Positions 30,341-39,982 of a DNA stretch of 64,000 nt are shown here, in pieces. Made by a program: the position numbers and the translations under genes. Source of the stretch: a virus. Lineage: Duplodnaviria > Caudoviricetes. Within the stretch, counting starts at the first letter, position 1; the number at the start of each line of letters is the position of its first letter. The stretch covers positions 32,001 to 96,000 of the IMG/VR virus record IMGVR_UViG_3300037400_005024. One strand, given 5' to 3'. Under the pieces are notes generated by a model that saw nothing but the letters and a program-made list of their open reading frames with translations, was not told where the DNA came from and searched no databases.

Positions 30341-30631
30341 CTAGTTGTAATATTTTTTATATTCATAAATTATCTTTTGTTGTGCTTGGAAAGCATTTAA
30401 AATTTCAAGATCGTTTTCAGTCATTTTTCTAAAATTCTCTGAATCAAAAATATAATAAACTTTATTATCTTTTGACTGAACATCAATAAAAACATCTTGA
30501 AGAACTAACTCAGGAGTTTCTAGATTTAAGGGTAAACGTTTTTCGCAAACTGTTTTTGTTTCAATAGTACTTGAACAACCACTTAATACTGAAATTACTG
30601 AACTTAAAATAATTATTGTAAGATATCGCAT
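30341..30631 (-). CDS. Outer-membrane spanin (lipoprotein)
   Basis: Lipobox LSGC; overlaps upstream TM/coiled-coil gene. Confidence 0.7.
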   Translation of the reverse strand: MRYLTIIILSSVISVLSGCSSTIETKTVCEKRLPLNLETPELVLQDVFIDVQSKDNKVYYIFDSENFRKMTENDLEILNAFQAQQKIIYEYKKYYN

Positions 30632-31014
30632 TTTGAATCTTTATAACACTTGTAAATTGAATATTGAACTTTAGTCTTATGCTCTGGTACTAAACATTCT
30701 TTAGATGATTTTGAAACTTCATTTGAAACTGCACTTACTGTCTTGGACTTCAAATTATTTTCAAACGAATTTATAGCGTCATGAATTTGAAATCTTTTCA
30801 TTTGACTATTATACAATTCATTTAATTCAGAATTTGCACTCTGAATTTTAGAATAATCATCTTTAAGTTTAGATATTGTTTCATCTTGAACTTTTAATGA
30901 ATTTTCGAGAATTTTGTTATTTTGCTCAGAAACTTCTAAGTCAGATTTTAACGATTTGCAGTACAAACCTAAAATCAGAATTACCACTGAAAATGTAACT
31001 ATTAAATATTTCAT
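30613..31014 (-). CDS. Inner-membrane spanin
   Basis: N-terminal TM helix plus coiled coil. Confidence 0.7.
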   Translation of the reverse strand: MKYLIVTFSVVILILGLYCKSLKSDLEVSEQNNKILENSLKVQDETISKLKDDYSKIQSANSELNELYNSQMKRFQIHDAINSFENNLKSKTVSAVSNEVSKSSKECLVPEHKTKVQYSIYKCYKDSKCDILQ

Positions 31015-31544
31015 TCTAAAAACGGATTTATTTGATATTTATCAAATAACTCCTTTAACCGTTTAGTTAAATGAGTACTTTTTGGATATTCTGGAACTTT
31101 TGGACAAACTTTTTTTAGTTTATTATATTGTCTTTTAGAAATACTTTTTTCAGGAACTTTTTCAGTTGGATGAATAAACGGATATGTTCCCGCTTCATAG
31201 TACTGAATAAGTTGTTTTAAAAATTCAATTCGTTCTTTTACAGTTTTAAACTGTTTATAACGCGTTGAATTGTTCCAAATTTTCCCCTCTAACGTATTAC
31301 ACTCTCTGCAAAGAACTCCACGTATAAGTCCTGCACCATCAGTTCCAAGTGTTTGATTTTTATTTAATTTATGCTGATGGTCAAGTGCAATTCCTGGATC
31401 ATTTCTGATATCTTTTCCACAAATTGCGCACTTAAACCCTTGATTTTTAAGAATTTTTTCTCGAAGTTCTTTAACATCAGATCCCTTTAACTGTTTAAGA
31501 TCCTGAACATTACATTCAGGATTTTCTAAATCATTCGAATTCAA
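31011..31544 (-). CDS. gp49: Recombination endonuclease VII
   Basis: CAICG, LDHQH, IRGVLCRECNTLEGK. Confidence 0.9.
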   Translation of the reverse strand: MNSNDLENPECNVQDLKQLKGSDVKELREKILKNQGFKCAICGKDIRNDPGIALDHQHKLNKNQTLGTDGAGLIRGVLCRECNTLEGKIWNNSTRYKQFKTVKERIEFLKQLIQYYEAGTYPFIHPTEKVPEKSISKRQYNKLKKVCPKVPEYPKSTHLTKRLKELFDKYQINPFLE

Positions 31545-32346
31545 AGGATGCTAAAACTCCTTTTTCAAATGCTTTATCATGTAGTTTAGTATAAGTTTCC
31601 TTTTCAAAATCTGACTTTTCAAAAAGTTCTTTTAAATTTTCAGGAACTATATAATTGATTTTACAGTTTAAATTAAATTCTTCAGAATCTAATCTGTTTA
31701 TTTCATTTTTAAAATCATCAATTGAATTCAGATAAACTGTTCTTAAACAATCTTCAGGTTCTACTTGGTGATCTTCATTAAAGTGAGATTTCTTAGAAAT
31801 ATTGATTATTGTTCTGTACTTTTCATACTCATCATGAAGTCTTGAATTGTACTTTTTATGTTCACTGATAATGTAGATAATTGAATTATGAATAATTTGT
31901 GAAACATAAGAAAAGGCGTTCACATAAAGACCTGTGATTTTAGATTTTTTAGTATGATCAAAATTATGAATATACTTCAAAATCTTATAAGATGCATCAG
32001 AGTAAAAATCATCTTTAAAGGAGTAACCTGAGAACTGAGGTTTTGTAAGAATCTTTTTAATCATTAAAAGAATACACTTTGCAAATTCGTTATAAGTAAC
32101 TTCATCTGCTTGAGTTTTTTCAGATAATTCAATGATTCTTCTTTTTAAATGTTCTTTTAATTTAGTTTTCTTTGATGTGATTTTCTGATCTTTGTAAGAT
32201 TTTTTAATTAAATTCAGAAAAGTTGAAATTAGTTCATTGATTCGTTTGTTATGCTTTGAATCTCCTACATTATTCTTTTTATTGTTTACTCTAATAATAA
32301 GAGACTTAAGTTTAACTTCGTTTACATATATGTTTTTATTTGCCAT
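31531..32346 (-). CDS. gp55: Late-transcription sigma factor
   Basis: PQFSGYSFKDD...YIHNFD...NAFSYVSQI; many TATAAATA promoters in the window. Confidence 0.85.
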   Translation of the reverse strand: MANKNIYVNEVKLKSLIIRVNNKKNNVGDSKHNKRINELISTFLNLIKKSYKDQKITSKKTKLKEHLKRRIIELSEKTQADEVTYNEFAKCILLMIKKILTKPQFSGYSFKDDFYSDASYKILKYIHNFDHTKKSKITGLYVNAFSYVSQIIHNSIIYIISEHKKYNSRLHDEYEKYRTIINISKKSHFNEDHQVEPEDCLRTVYLNSIDDFKNEINRLDSEEFNLNCKINYIVPENLKELFEKSDFEKETYTKLHDKAFEKGVLASFEFE

Positions 32347-32433
32347 TTTTATTTTTTATAAAAGATTTATAAATAATATAATCTAAAATGTAAATTATAT
32401 TTACAGATCCAAAAACTTTTTATTTTTTAGAAA

Positions 32434-33360
32434 ATGACAATATCATCGTTAGTATTTCCAAGTTTTTTAAGTAACCCAGCATATGAAAACAAAAAAGTAA
32501 CATTTAAAGTTGTAAAACCGTCAATTGGATCGACTGATGAAATGGCTAGACTTCAAAGTGCTATTAGTTTTGTTTTTAGATCTGACGCGGTGTCAAATGC
32601 AATTTCAAGTACTGCAGGTCAAATTTCAGGCGATGCTTTCGGAATTCCAGCAGGTTTTAATCTTGAATCATCTGTAACTTTACCATATCCAGTCTCTTTA
32701 TCTGATAATCAAAATCATAACTGGGAAAATGCTGAAGGACTTCTAGCTCAAACTACTCACGGTGCAATGGATGCAATTGGATCACAAATTTCAAAATGGA
32801 GTTCAGGCAGCAATAGTATTATGTCTAAAGCACTTTCATTATTGTCAGGTGGCTCTGGAAGTCCTGATAAATTGTATGGTGCAATAGCTAATAAAATGGG
32901 TGTTAGAAAGGCAGTTATTGATCCAGGATATTTCCAGAACTACACCGGTTCAACTCCAAGAACCTTTACAATGGCGTACACTTTAGTTCCGCAATCTCAG
33001 AAAGAAGCACAGACTATTAAAGATATTATTCTTTGGTTTAAACAGTATTCATCGCCAACATTTGTTGAAAACACTCCTTTAATGGGTGCACCGTTTGTTT
33101 TTAACATATCATTCGCTGGAAATCAGTACATTTCAGATATGTTTAAAATGGATAAGTGCGTTTTAACTGGTATTTCAGTTGATTACGCTTCTGATGGATC
33201 GTTTATGTTATTTAAAGATGGTTTTCCAAAACAGATTGGTTTAGCTTTAAACTTTGCCGAAGTTGAACTCAAGTACGCACAGGAGTACGCTGGACTATCT
33301 AGAGAAGAAATTACAGATAAACGAAATAAGTTGGAAAATTCAAATGATACTAAAGCTTAA
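32434..33360 (+). CDS. gp48: Baseplate tail-tube cap (gp48-like)
   Basis: RTFTMAYTLVPQSQKEA..I..II.WFK, CVLTGISVDY, LNFAEVE; late promoter 32368-32375. Confidence 0.75.
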   Translation: MTISSLVFPSFLSNPAYENKKVTFKVVKPSIGSTDEMARLQSAISFVFRSDAVSNAISSTAGQISGDAFGIPAGFNLESSVTLPYPVSLSDNQNHNWENAEGLLAQTTHGAMDAIGSQISKWSSGSNSIMSKALSLLSGGSGSPDKLYGAIANKMGVRKAVIDPGYFQNYTGSTPRTFTMAYTLVPQSQKEAQTIKDIILWFKQYSSPTFVENTPLMGAPFVFNISFAGNQYISDMFKMDKCVLTGISVDYASDGSFMLFKDGFPKQIGLALNFAEVELKYAQEYAGLSREEITDKRNKLENSNDTKA

Positions 33361-33374
33361 GAGAATTTAAAGAT

Positions 33375-33926
33375 ATGTACAAATATTTAAAAAACACATT
33401 ATTAAATTTTGATACTATAAACATTGATGATGTAACAAATGTAACCATATCAAAAACTGAAAATTCTTTAAATGTTACACCAAGTTTGAATATTCAATTT
33501 TATGATAGAAATAAAATTCAAAAGATCAAAAACGTTATAAGTACTATGAATGACGCATGGTTTTCTTATGTTTTAGTACCTCAGAATTCAACTTTAGAAA
33601 AAATATCATACGATCTGTACGAGTCAAAAGACTATTGGGATATTCTTTTGTTAGTCAATGAAAGAATGCCATTATTTGATATGTATTACGACTACGATAT
33701 TATTTCAGAAGCTGGTGAAACTGCACTTCAAGAATATGAAAATAAAGTTTATAGAAAAAAGATTTTATCAGATGTTCGTGAACGTCTGAGAGTAAAAATG
33801 CAAGAAAACTATGAAGCAGAAAATGAAAATTTAAAAATCATAAAATATATTAAGAAAAATTACCTTTATGATTTTATAAACTTTATCAATAACGATTCAG
33901 CGAGAGTAGAAATTAAAAATCAATGA
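33375..33926 (+). CDS. gp53: Baseplate wedge protein (gp53-like)
   Basis: EKISYDLY...YWDILLLVN. Confidence 0.7.
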   Translation: MYKYLKNTLLNFDTINIDDVTNVTISKTENSLNVTPSLNIQFYDRNKIQKIKNVISTMNDAWFSYVLVPQNSTLEKISYDLYESKDYWDILLLVNERMPLFDMYYDYDIISEAGETALQEYENKVYRKKILSDVRERLRVKMQENYEAENENLKIIKYIKKNYLYDFINFINNDSARVEIKNQ

Positions 33927-35089
33927 GTATTGATACACTTTTTACAGAAACAAGTAAATTAAAACATTTTAAACTTACTATAGATGATATTGTTATTGCA
34001 CAAGACAGTATCTTAAATGTTTCTGTGCGCAGTTCACTATTTGGGTTTGGTGAGTACGCAGTTATAATGTTCAGAGATCCATTTTCAACAGTTAACTCAA
34101 CTCTCAGATTAAACGAAGAAACAGTTATAACGTTCGAAGTAAATGATTTTCTCAGAGATTATAGAAGATATGTTTTTAAAATTGTAAAAACAGAAATTTC
34201 AAACGATGAATCCAGAGCAAATTATGTAACACTTCACTGCGTTGATCCAGTTGCATACACTTTTAAAAATTTATTTTTAGCTAAATCTTTTAATACAGAC
34301 ATTTGTAGTGCTTTCAAAGAAATTTTCAATCAGTACAAGTGCGGTACATTTCTTTCAAAGATGGGTCTTAAACTAGACTGTGTTCCATCTAAAGTTTCAA
34401 AAAGTTTTACTTTACCTTCAGATATGAACGTTTTTGATTTTTTAAAAGCGTATACAAGATTGAGTAATGTTAGAATCTGGTATGATTCTAGTTATTTACA
34501 TGTAAAGGAATTCGATTTACAATCTGAAAAGTCTAAATATCCGTTAAAACTTGATGGAAAAGATATTCAGTACACTGATACTTGTGCAAACCCTGAATAT
34601 TTATTCAGAATTCATCAGTATAAAAAAGATGGTTTAAATCATGCTGAACTTATGGAATTAGTTCCATCTCAAGAAGTTATCAGATTTAAAGGAAAGTCTG
34701 TAGACCGTGAAACAATCAATTTAACAGATTTTTACAAGTCATTAGTTTTAAATAATAATTATGACTTTTCTACATTCCAGAACACTAAAGGTAAACGTTC
34801 TAATATCGCCGTTGATACTATAGAAGCTCAGAAACATGACTTGTTTACAGCGTTCATGAATTTGAATAAATTGAACATTGTTGTTGCTGGAAGTTTGAAG
34901 TATAACGCACCTGGATTTATTGTAAATGTTAAACTTGGTGAAAAATCTGCGTACAATGTACGACAGATAATGGGCGACGTTACAACTTCAGGTAATTATC
35001 TTGTTTTAGGAACAGAAAACAGATTTATTAAAGGACAATTTCATCAGTTATTAGAACTTGGACGATTTGATGCGCCAGCGGCGAAGTAA
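33923..35089 (+). CDS. Baseplate hub protein (gp27-like)
   Basis: Size, operon position, C-terminal SGNYLV. Confidence 0.55.
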   Translation: MSIDTLFTETSKLKHFKLTIDDIVIAQDSILNVSVRSSLFGFGEYAVIMFRDPFSTVNSTLRLNEETVITFEVNDFLRDYRRYVFKIVKTEISNDESRANYVTLHCVDPVAYTFKNLFLAKSFNTDICSAFKEIFNQYKCGTFLSKMGLKLDCVPSKVSKSFTLPSDMNVFDFLKAYTRLSNVRIWYDSSYLHVKEFDLQSEKSKYPLKLDGKDIQYTDTCANPEYLFRIHQYKKDGLNHAELMELVPSQEVIRFKGKSVDRETINLTDFYKSLVLNNNYDFSTFQNTKGKRSNIAVDTIEAQKHDLFTAFMNLNKLNIVVAGSLKYNAPGFIVNVKLGEKSAYNVRQIMGDVTTSGNYLVLGTENRFIKGQFHQLLELGRFDAPAAK

Positions 35090-35190
35090 TATAGTACATT
35101 TACTTTTTCTTTCAATTTTAAAAAGTCCTTTAAAATCAATAACTTAATTAAAGTATTATTATAACTAAGTTATTGATTTATAAGGCAATT
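35088..35190. repeat. Palindromic dispersed repeat B, copy 1
   Basis: atagtacatttac...atcaataactta...taagttattgat; inverted copy at ~57302-57410. Confidence 0.8.
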
Positions 35191-35192
35191 TA

Positions 35193-35762
35193 TCAAAGAT
35201 AGCCAAATTTTTCAAGAATTTGATTTTTTAGAGTTGAATCAGAAATCTCAATAGGGGTGTAATTGTTGTCACCATAATCAACACAACAATTTATTCGTTT
35301 AAAATCTGTGTTTTGAACTTCTTTATCGTGAACATGTCCGTGATAAAGCAAATTACAATTATTATCCTTAAATGCTTTTAAAAACTCAGAATCATCTGTT
35401 AAAGGATAATGACAGAACATTGTTTTTCCTACAATGAAATAATTTAGAACATGTTCAAACCCTAAACGTTTAAAATCATAATCTGTATTATCATGATTAC
35501 CTAAAACAAGTATTTTATGTCCAGGTAACTTATTGAACATTTCTTCAAACTTTTCTACATTACATTTATTTAGATAAACTAAATCACCTAAAAATATGCA
35601 AATGTCATTTTCTTTAACTGTTTTAAGATAATTATTGATTTGATATTTTAAACACTCTAAAGATCCACTTTTAGAATATTCAAATGGTCTGTTACAGTAT
35701 TTTATGATATTGTCATGGAAGAAGTGATTATCACTCCAAATGTATATCTTCGTCATTGACAT
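35193..35762 (-). CDS. Calcineurin-like metallophosphoesterase
   Basis: SDNHF, LGD, GNHD, HYP, HGHVH. Confidence 0.9.
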   Translation of the reverse strand: MSMTKIYIWSDNHFFHDNIIKYCNRPFEYSKSGSLECLKYQINNYLKTVKENDICIFLGDLVYLNKCNVEKFEEMFNKLPGHKILVLGNHDNTDYDFKRLGFEHVLNYFIVGKTMFCHYPLTDDSEFLKAFKDNNCNLLYHGHVHDKEVQNTDFKRINCCVDYGDNNYTPIEISDSTLKNQILEKFGYL

Positions 35763-36114
35763 AGAATTTAATATCTAAACTATCCTCTTTTAAAAAATTT
35801 TTACATATGCAATCTATCAATTCTTCTTTTGATAAACCTTGTGTTTTTGAAATAAATACATGTGCTCTTCTTATATATATGAGTTTTAAAACAAATTCTT
35901 TAATAAAACCTATAGTCTTTGTTATCGGTATAAGAACTAATAACATCATAACTATAGGAAAACAAATACATTCTATAATATTTTTAAATGTTATTATTTG
36001 AGAAAAATATAACTTAACGCATGTTTCAATAAAAACAAGCACAAGTACACTAGAGATATAAAAATCTAAAAGTGCAATGAATGTGCTAAATTCAGCTAAC
36101 TCAACAAATAGCAT
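35731..36114 (-). CDS. Hypothetical membrane protein
   Basis: Hydrophobic ORF overlapping both neighbours. Confidence 0.5.
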   Translation of the reverse strand: MLFVELAEFSTFIALLDFYISSVLVLVFIETCVKLYFSQIITFKNIIECICFPIVMMLLVLIPITKTIGFIKEFVLKLIYIRRAHVFISKTQGLSKEELIDCICKNFLKEDSLDIKFYVNDEDIHLE

Positions 36115-36802
36115 TTAATTCACAAAAACATGCTAGTATATTAAGATATTTATCACGTACTCTTGTTCCCATATCTTGATACTTTGCTAGAATTACAATT
36201 GCTCTTGAAATCTGTTCTGGCTTACTGAATAACTTATCAATATTTTTATAAAGAACACTGAAAAATGCATCAGGACAAGTTAAATTCTGAACACTCTTTG
36301 AAAGATTTTCAAAACTCTTTGATTTTAAAGCATTTATAATATCACTTAATTCATCATTTGAAATACCAGAAACATTAAGTTCACCTGTACTTGAATACTT
36401 TCTGAGATCAACTATCATACCTCTAACAGAAGGATAATTTTTATCAATAATCTTTCTGATTGACGAATTATCAAACTTAATATTCTCGTTATTAAGAATG
36501 AATAAAATTCTATTAACAATCTGAGGAACCATGTCAGTTTTGTCAAAATCTACAAAATCATAGTTTTCAAGTCTATTTAAAAGAGGTTCGATGATATTTT
36601 CTTTATAATTTCCTGTAAAAACGAATCTGCAATTGTTTGAAAATTCATCAATGAATCCGCGGTATGCAGCCTGTGCGTCCGGGGTTAATCTGTCACAATT
36701 ATGTGTTACAATACCGTTTTTTGTAATGAAAGTATGATTCTTGTGAACAGTTAAATTAATAACATGACCTTCATTTATTCTTTTTATACTTTTTATCTTC
36801 AT
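36101..36802 (-). CDS. gp44: C-intein (35 aa) + clamp loader C-terminal part
   Basis: MKIKSIK...NHTFITKNGIVTHN|CDRLTPDAQAAYRGFIDEFS..CRFVFTGN..IIEPL. Confidence 0.92.
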   Translation of the reverse strand: MKIKSIKRINEGHVINLTVHKNHTFITKNGIVTHNCDRLTPDAQAAYRGFIDEFSNNCRFVFTGNYKENIIEPLLNRLENYDFVDFDKTDMVPQIVNRILFILNNENIKFDNSSIRKIIDKNYPSVRGMIVDLRKYSSTGELNVSGISNDELSDIINALKSKSFENLSKSVQNLTCPDAFFSVLYKNIDKLFSKPEQISRAIVILAKYQDMGTRVRDKYLNILACFCELNAIC

Positions 36803-38253
36803 TCAAAACATCTCCAAAGCTTTCTACAATAATCCTTCAAATCATCAGGAATATATGAAAACACATTATTATTATAATTTAATTTAAAGTAATTTTCATC
36901 GATTACCCTAAAACTCTTATTATTTTCTTTGCAATATTTTATTGCAGCATTAAATTTTAAAATATTTGTCTCATTTGTTTTACATGAGTTTGGCTTTATT
37001 TCAAATAATGTATTTTTATCAGAGAAGTCTACAATATAATTTCGTTTGTTTCCATCAATAATATATGGTATTCTAACTTTCTCATAATCTAATTTGTTTT
37101 TCTTAATTTTACACTCAATTATATAAAATAAAAATTCCCAGGATGATCTAAATTTAATATTATCAATTTTAAACTTTTTAGAATGTGTCCACGAATTTGT
37201 AATATTTGGTGTAAATCTACCTTCAGCAATTGCATTTTTTAATTTGTTAGATAAATTTTTACGATATTCATCACTTCGTTCATACAATGAAAAACATTTA
37301 TTATAACACTTTCGTGAGCATGAAAATGTTGCTCCTATTTGAATCAACTGAAGTTTTCCGTCTTTTAAGATTTTATCATATTTAACATATTTTTTCCCGC
37401 AACACGCACATGTATTAAGCATATCAGGTTCATAAATTTTATTAAAAACAAATGAAAATGATGAATTAACTTGGGGACGTTGCAAAAAATAATTGTTAAA
37501 AATAATTGCGCGATCATATAATAAATTTTTAATTTGTTTAAAAGTATATTTGCGTGATAATTCTAATAATTTTGAATTTGAAAATTTTTTCAATTTTAAA
37601 TTAAGCAAATATAGTTTAAAATCAATTTCTGAAAATTTCTTGTAATCATCATAATATTTCATTAGGTGTCCTTTGTTACATCCATGACAAATACAAGGAT
37701 TTTTAGAAAATAAATTTATTATAATCTTATGTTTACAAAATATACATTTAGACTCTCGATCAAATAGTTTTAAAAATATTCTCTTTTTAAACGATGCTGG
37801 ACTTTTAATAACTCTATTATCGTAAATATCTTTAAAAGGAAATTTAACATTTTTATAAAATTCAAGATTGTTTAGAACAAATTCGCTATATTGCTGTCTA
37901 TGCAAATTTTTTGTTTCAATATTATTTTTTAAAAATAATTTTCTCGTACATTCTTTATTGGAACATGTTTGGCCGTACCCTTTAAAAATGCTAATAAATC
38001 TCGCAGCATTTTGACAAAATAAGCATTTGCAAACATTATCATTGTTTAATTTATTAAACAATTTTTGAGGCGTTAAATTTTTGTATTTGCTAAAAAAATT
38101 AGTAGGCCTAACTTTTGAAATATGCTTTAATAAAATTTCACGTTCATTTTTTGAAAACACAATTTCGTTTTCATTTTCGTTCTTATCAAATATTTCAATC
38201 TTTTCAAGAATTCCTGAAATATCAGAAGTAGCAGACGATATCATCGTTTTCAT
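36799..38253 (-). CDS. Free-standing homing endonuclease (Zn-rich, C-terminal TnsA/PD-(D/E)XK-like)
   Basis: Multiple CxxC; FRSSWE, RIPY, YIVDF, FEIKP; lies between the intein halves. Confidence 0.8.
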   Translation of the reverse strand: MKTMISSATSDISGILEKIEIFDKNENENEIVFSKNEREILLKHISKVRPTNFFSKYKNLTPQKLFNKLNNDNVCKCLFCQNAARFISIFKGYGQTCSNKECTRKLFLKNNIETKNLHRQQYSEFVLNNLEFYKNVKFPFKDIYDNRVIKSPASFKKRIFLKLFDRESKCIFCKHKIIINLFSKNPCICHGCNKGHLMKYYDDYKKFSEIDFKLYLLNLKLKKFSNSKLLELSRKYTFKQIKNLLYDRAIIFNNYFLQRPQVNSSFSFVFNKIYEPDMLNTCACCGKKYVKYDKILKDGKLQLIQIGATFSCSRKCYNKCFSLYERSDEYRKNLSNKLKNAIAEGRFTPNITNSWTHSKKFKIDNIKFRSSWEFLFYIIECKIKKNKLDYEKVRIPYIIDGNKRNYIVDFSDKNTLFEIKPNSCKTNETNILKFNAAIKYCKENNKSFRVIDENYFKLNYNNNVFSYIPDDLKDYCRKLWRCFE

Positions 38254-38857
38254 TTAAACCTTCTTTAATACTCTTCTGAATGAATTTACCATTTTCTCTA
38301 ACGATAAATGGGTGATTATCGGTTACTTTAATTGTTCTACCATCAGCAAGTTCAACTTGATAAATTGTATCATTTTTAGATGAAATAACTTCGCATGTAT
38401 CATCTTCGAATGAACCAGTATTCATGTTGAAAGACTTACATTTGTAAATTTTACCAATTTCAAGGTCTTTTAACTTCCTTGGAACTTCTTTATTGTCTTC
38501 AATTAAAATTACTTCTTCATTTTCATCTAAGCACTCATCCATAATTACAACTTTCAGTTTATTCGAAATTGAACGTCTTGATGCAAATGAATGAATTTCA
38601 TTTCTAATTAAGTCAATACCTTTATTTAAAGATGCGTTTACCCAGTATGCTTCAACGTTTTGATGATTTGCAATTGCATTTGCTAGACTTGACTTACCTA
38701 GACCTGGTAAGTATGACCAAAGTCCTAAGTTCGGTAGTGTTCCATTTTCAAGTCCAGTTTTAATAGAAGTTCTGAGTTTTTCTGGTAAAATAACATCATC
38801 AATTGTCTGTGGTTTGTATTTTTCAGACCAAATGGACTGCTTTTCATCAATTAGCAT
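38222..38857 (-). CDS. gp44: Clamp loader N-terminal part + N-intein (103 aa)
   Basis: WSEKYKP, PGLGKSS, NAS, VIMDE|CLDENEEV...VTDNHPF...stop. Confidence 0.92.
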   Translation of the reverse strand: MLIDEKQSIWSEKYKPQTIDDVILPEKLRTSIKTGLENGTLPNLGLWSYLPGLGKSSLANAIANHQNVEAYWVNASLNKGIDLIRNEIHSFASRRSISNKLKVVIMDECLDENEEVILIEDNKEVPRKLKDLEIGKIYKCKSFNMNTGSFEDDTCEVISSKNDTIYQVELADGRTIKVTDNHPFIVRENGKFIQKSIKEGLNENDDIVCYF

Positions 38858-38956
38858 GTTTAATCCTCTGTTTAAAAATTGAAGACATTTTTTTTTTTAA
38901 AGTGTCTTAAAACGTCTTCAATAATATTTTAATACTGTAACACTAAATTCAGGTTA

Positions 38957-39976
38957 TTAACCTAAAAGATTTTCAATCTTTAACTTCTTATCTTTAGGTT
39001 CTAAATCAGAATTCATAATATTTCTAATACCTTCTTTATTTGTTTCAGTAATCAGAATAGGTTTTACAAGTGATTCTAAAGGTCTATTTTCAGAAATTGC
39101 CTTTTTAGCTCTGACCCAATTTACTTTAGCGTTGAAAATACCTTTCTTAAGATCTAATCTTACTAAGTCAAAACCCCATTTAGATAAGAATTTTGAAGTG
39201 CTTTCAATACATCTTTCAGGAAGATTTGAAAATGTTGAAACACCCTGAGTAATTGCCGGAGTCTGATAACCTACAGGAAGAACTTCAGTACCATTTCCAT
39301 AAATCATTTCCTGAATCAGAATGTCAAAATCTTCCCATCCTGAGTTAACATCGTAATTAATGTTCTTTTCTTTAGCAAATTTTGAATTTATCTGAATAAC
39401 TTGAATACCCTGCGCATTATGCTTTGTAAAGTTAGGCATGTTTTCAATATCACAGAATCTGAAAGCTGTCCAATTCATAAGTCCTGAATACTTATAATCG
39501 TATTTCTTTGTTAAAAATGTCCAGAACTTAAAAAGAAAATCATACGAAATTTTAAAAGGAGCATTCACAGACTTTTCTGTTTTATATGGAAGTACAAAAT
39601 TTGTACAATCATCTTCAACTAAGAAAGCATTTTCAATATTTTTACTTTGTAATAAATCTATAACGTACTTACGCTTATTTGCTAAACCTGGAATTTCCGA
39701 ATCATCATAAAAATGACACTTAAAATCTGTGTACTTTTCTTTATTAGACTCAGATGTTACAACTAAATAATTTGAATAACCATCTAAGTTAACTAAAAAC
39801 TTTGAACGTTTTGGATTAAAATCATGTGATAATACTATAACTGGAAATGCTTCAAATTCAGGATTATTTTTTAAATAATCTCTAAATTCAATAAATTCAC
39901 TTACAAATGGTAAATCTTTAACTAAATCAATATACTTGTTTAAATCGTTTAGGTCTTTTTCTGAAAACATATTCAA
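38957..39976 (-). CDS. GT-A glycosyltransferase of the hmC/TET-associated type
   Basis: PVIVLS, LVV, GLANKR, LVEDD, WEDFD..IQ...G pattern resembles beta-glucosyl-hmC alpha-glucosyltransferase/TAGT. Confidence 0.7.
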   Translation of the reverse strand: MNMFSEKDLNDLNKYIDLVKDLPFVSEFIEFRDYLKNNPEFEAFPVIVLSHDFNPKRSKFLVNLDGYSNYLVVTSESNKEKYTDFKCHFYDDSEIPGLANKRKYVIDLLQSKNIENAFLVEDDCTNFVLPYKTEKSVNAPFKISYDFLFKFWTFLTKKYDYKYSGLMNWTAFRFCDIENMPNFTKHNAQGIQVIQINSKFAKEKNINYDVNSGWEDFDILIQEMIYGNGTEVLPVGYQTPAITQGVSTFSNLPERCIESTSKFLSKWGFDLVRLDLKKGIFNAKVNWVRAKKAISENRPLESLVKPILITETNKEGIRNIMNSDLEPKDKKLKIENLLG

Positions 39977-39982
39977 TTTCCT

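Noticed and set aside
2442-38857. Stop-codon reassignment explaining the split genes
   Set aside because: The pol and nrdD breaks are at TAA, the gp44 TGA is followed by another in-frame stop, and all three stops end normal genes.
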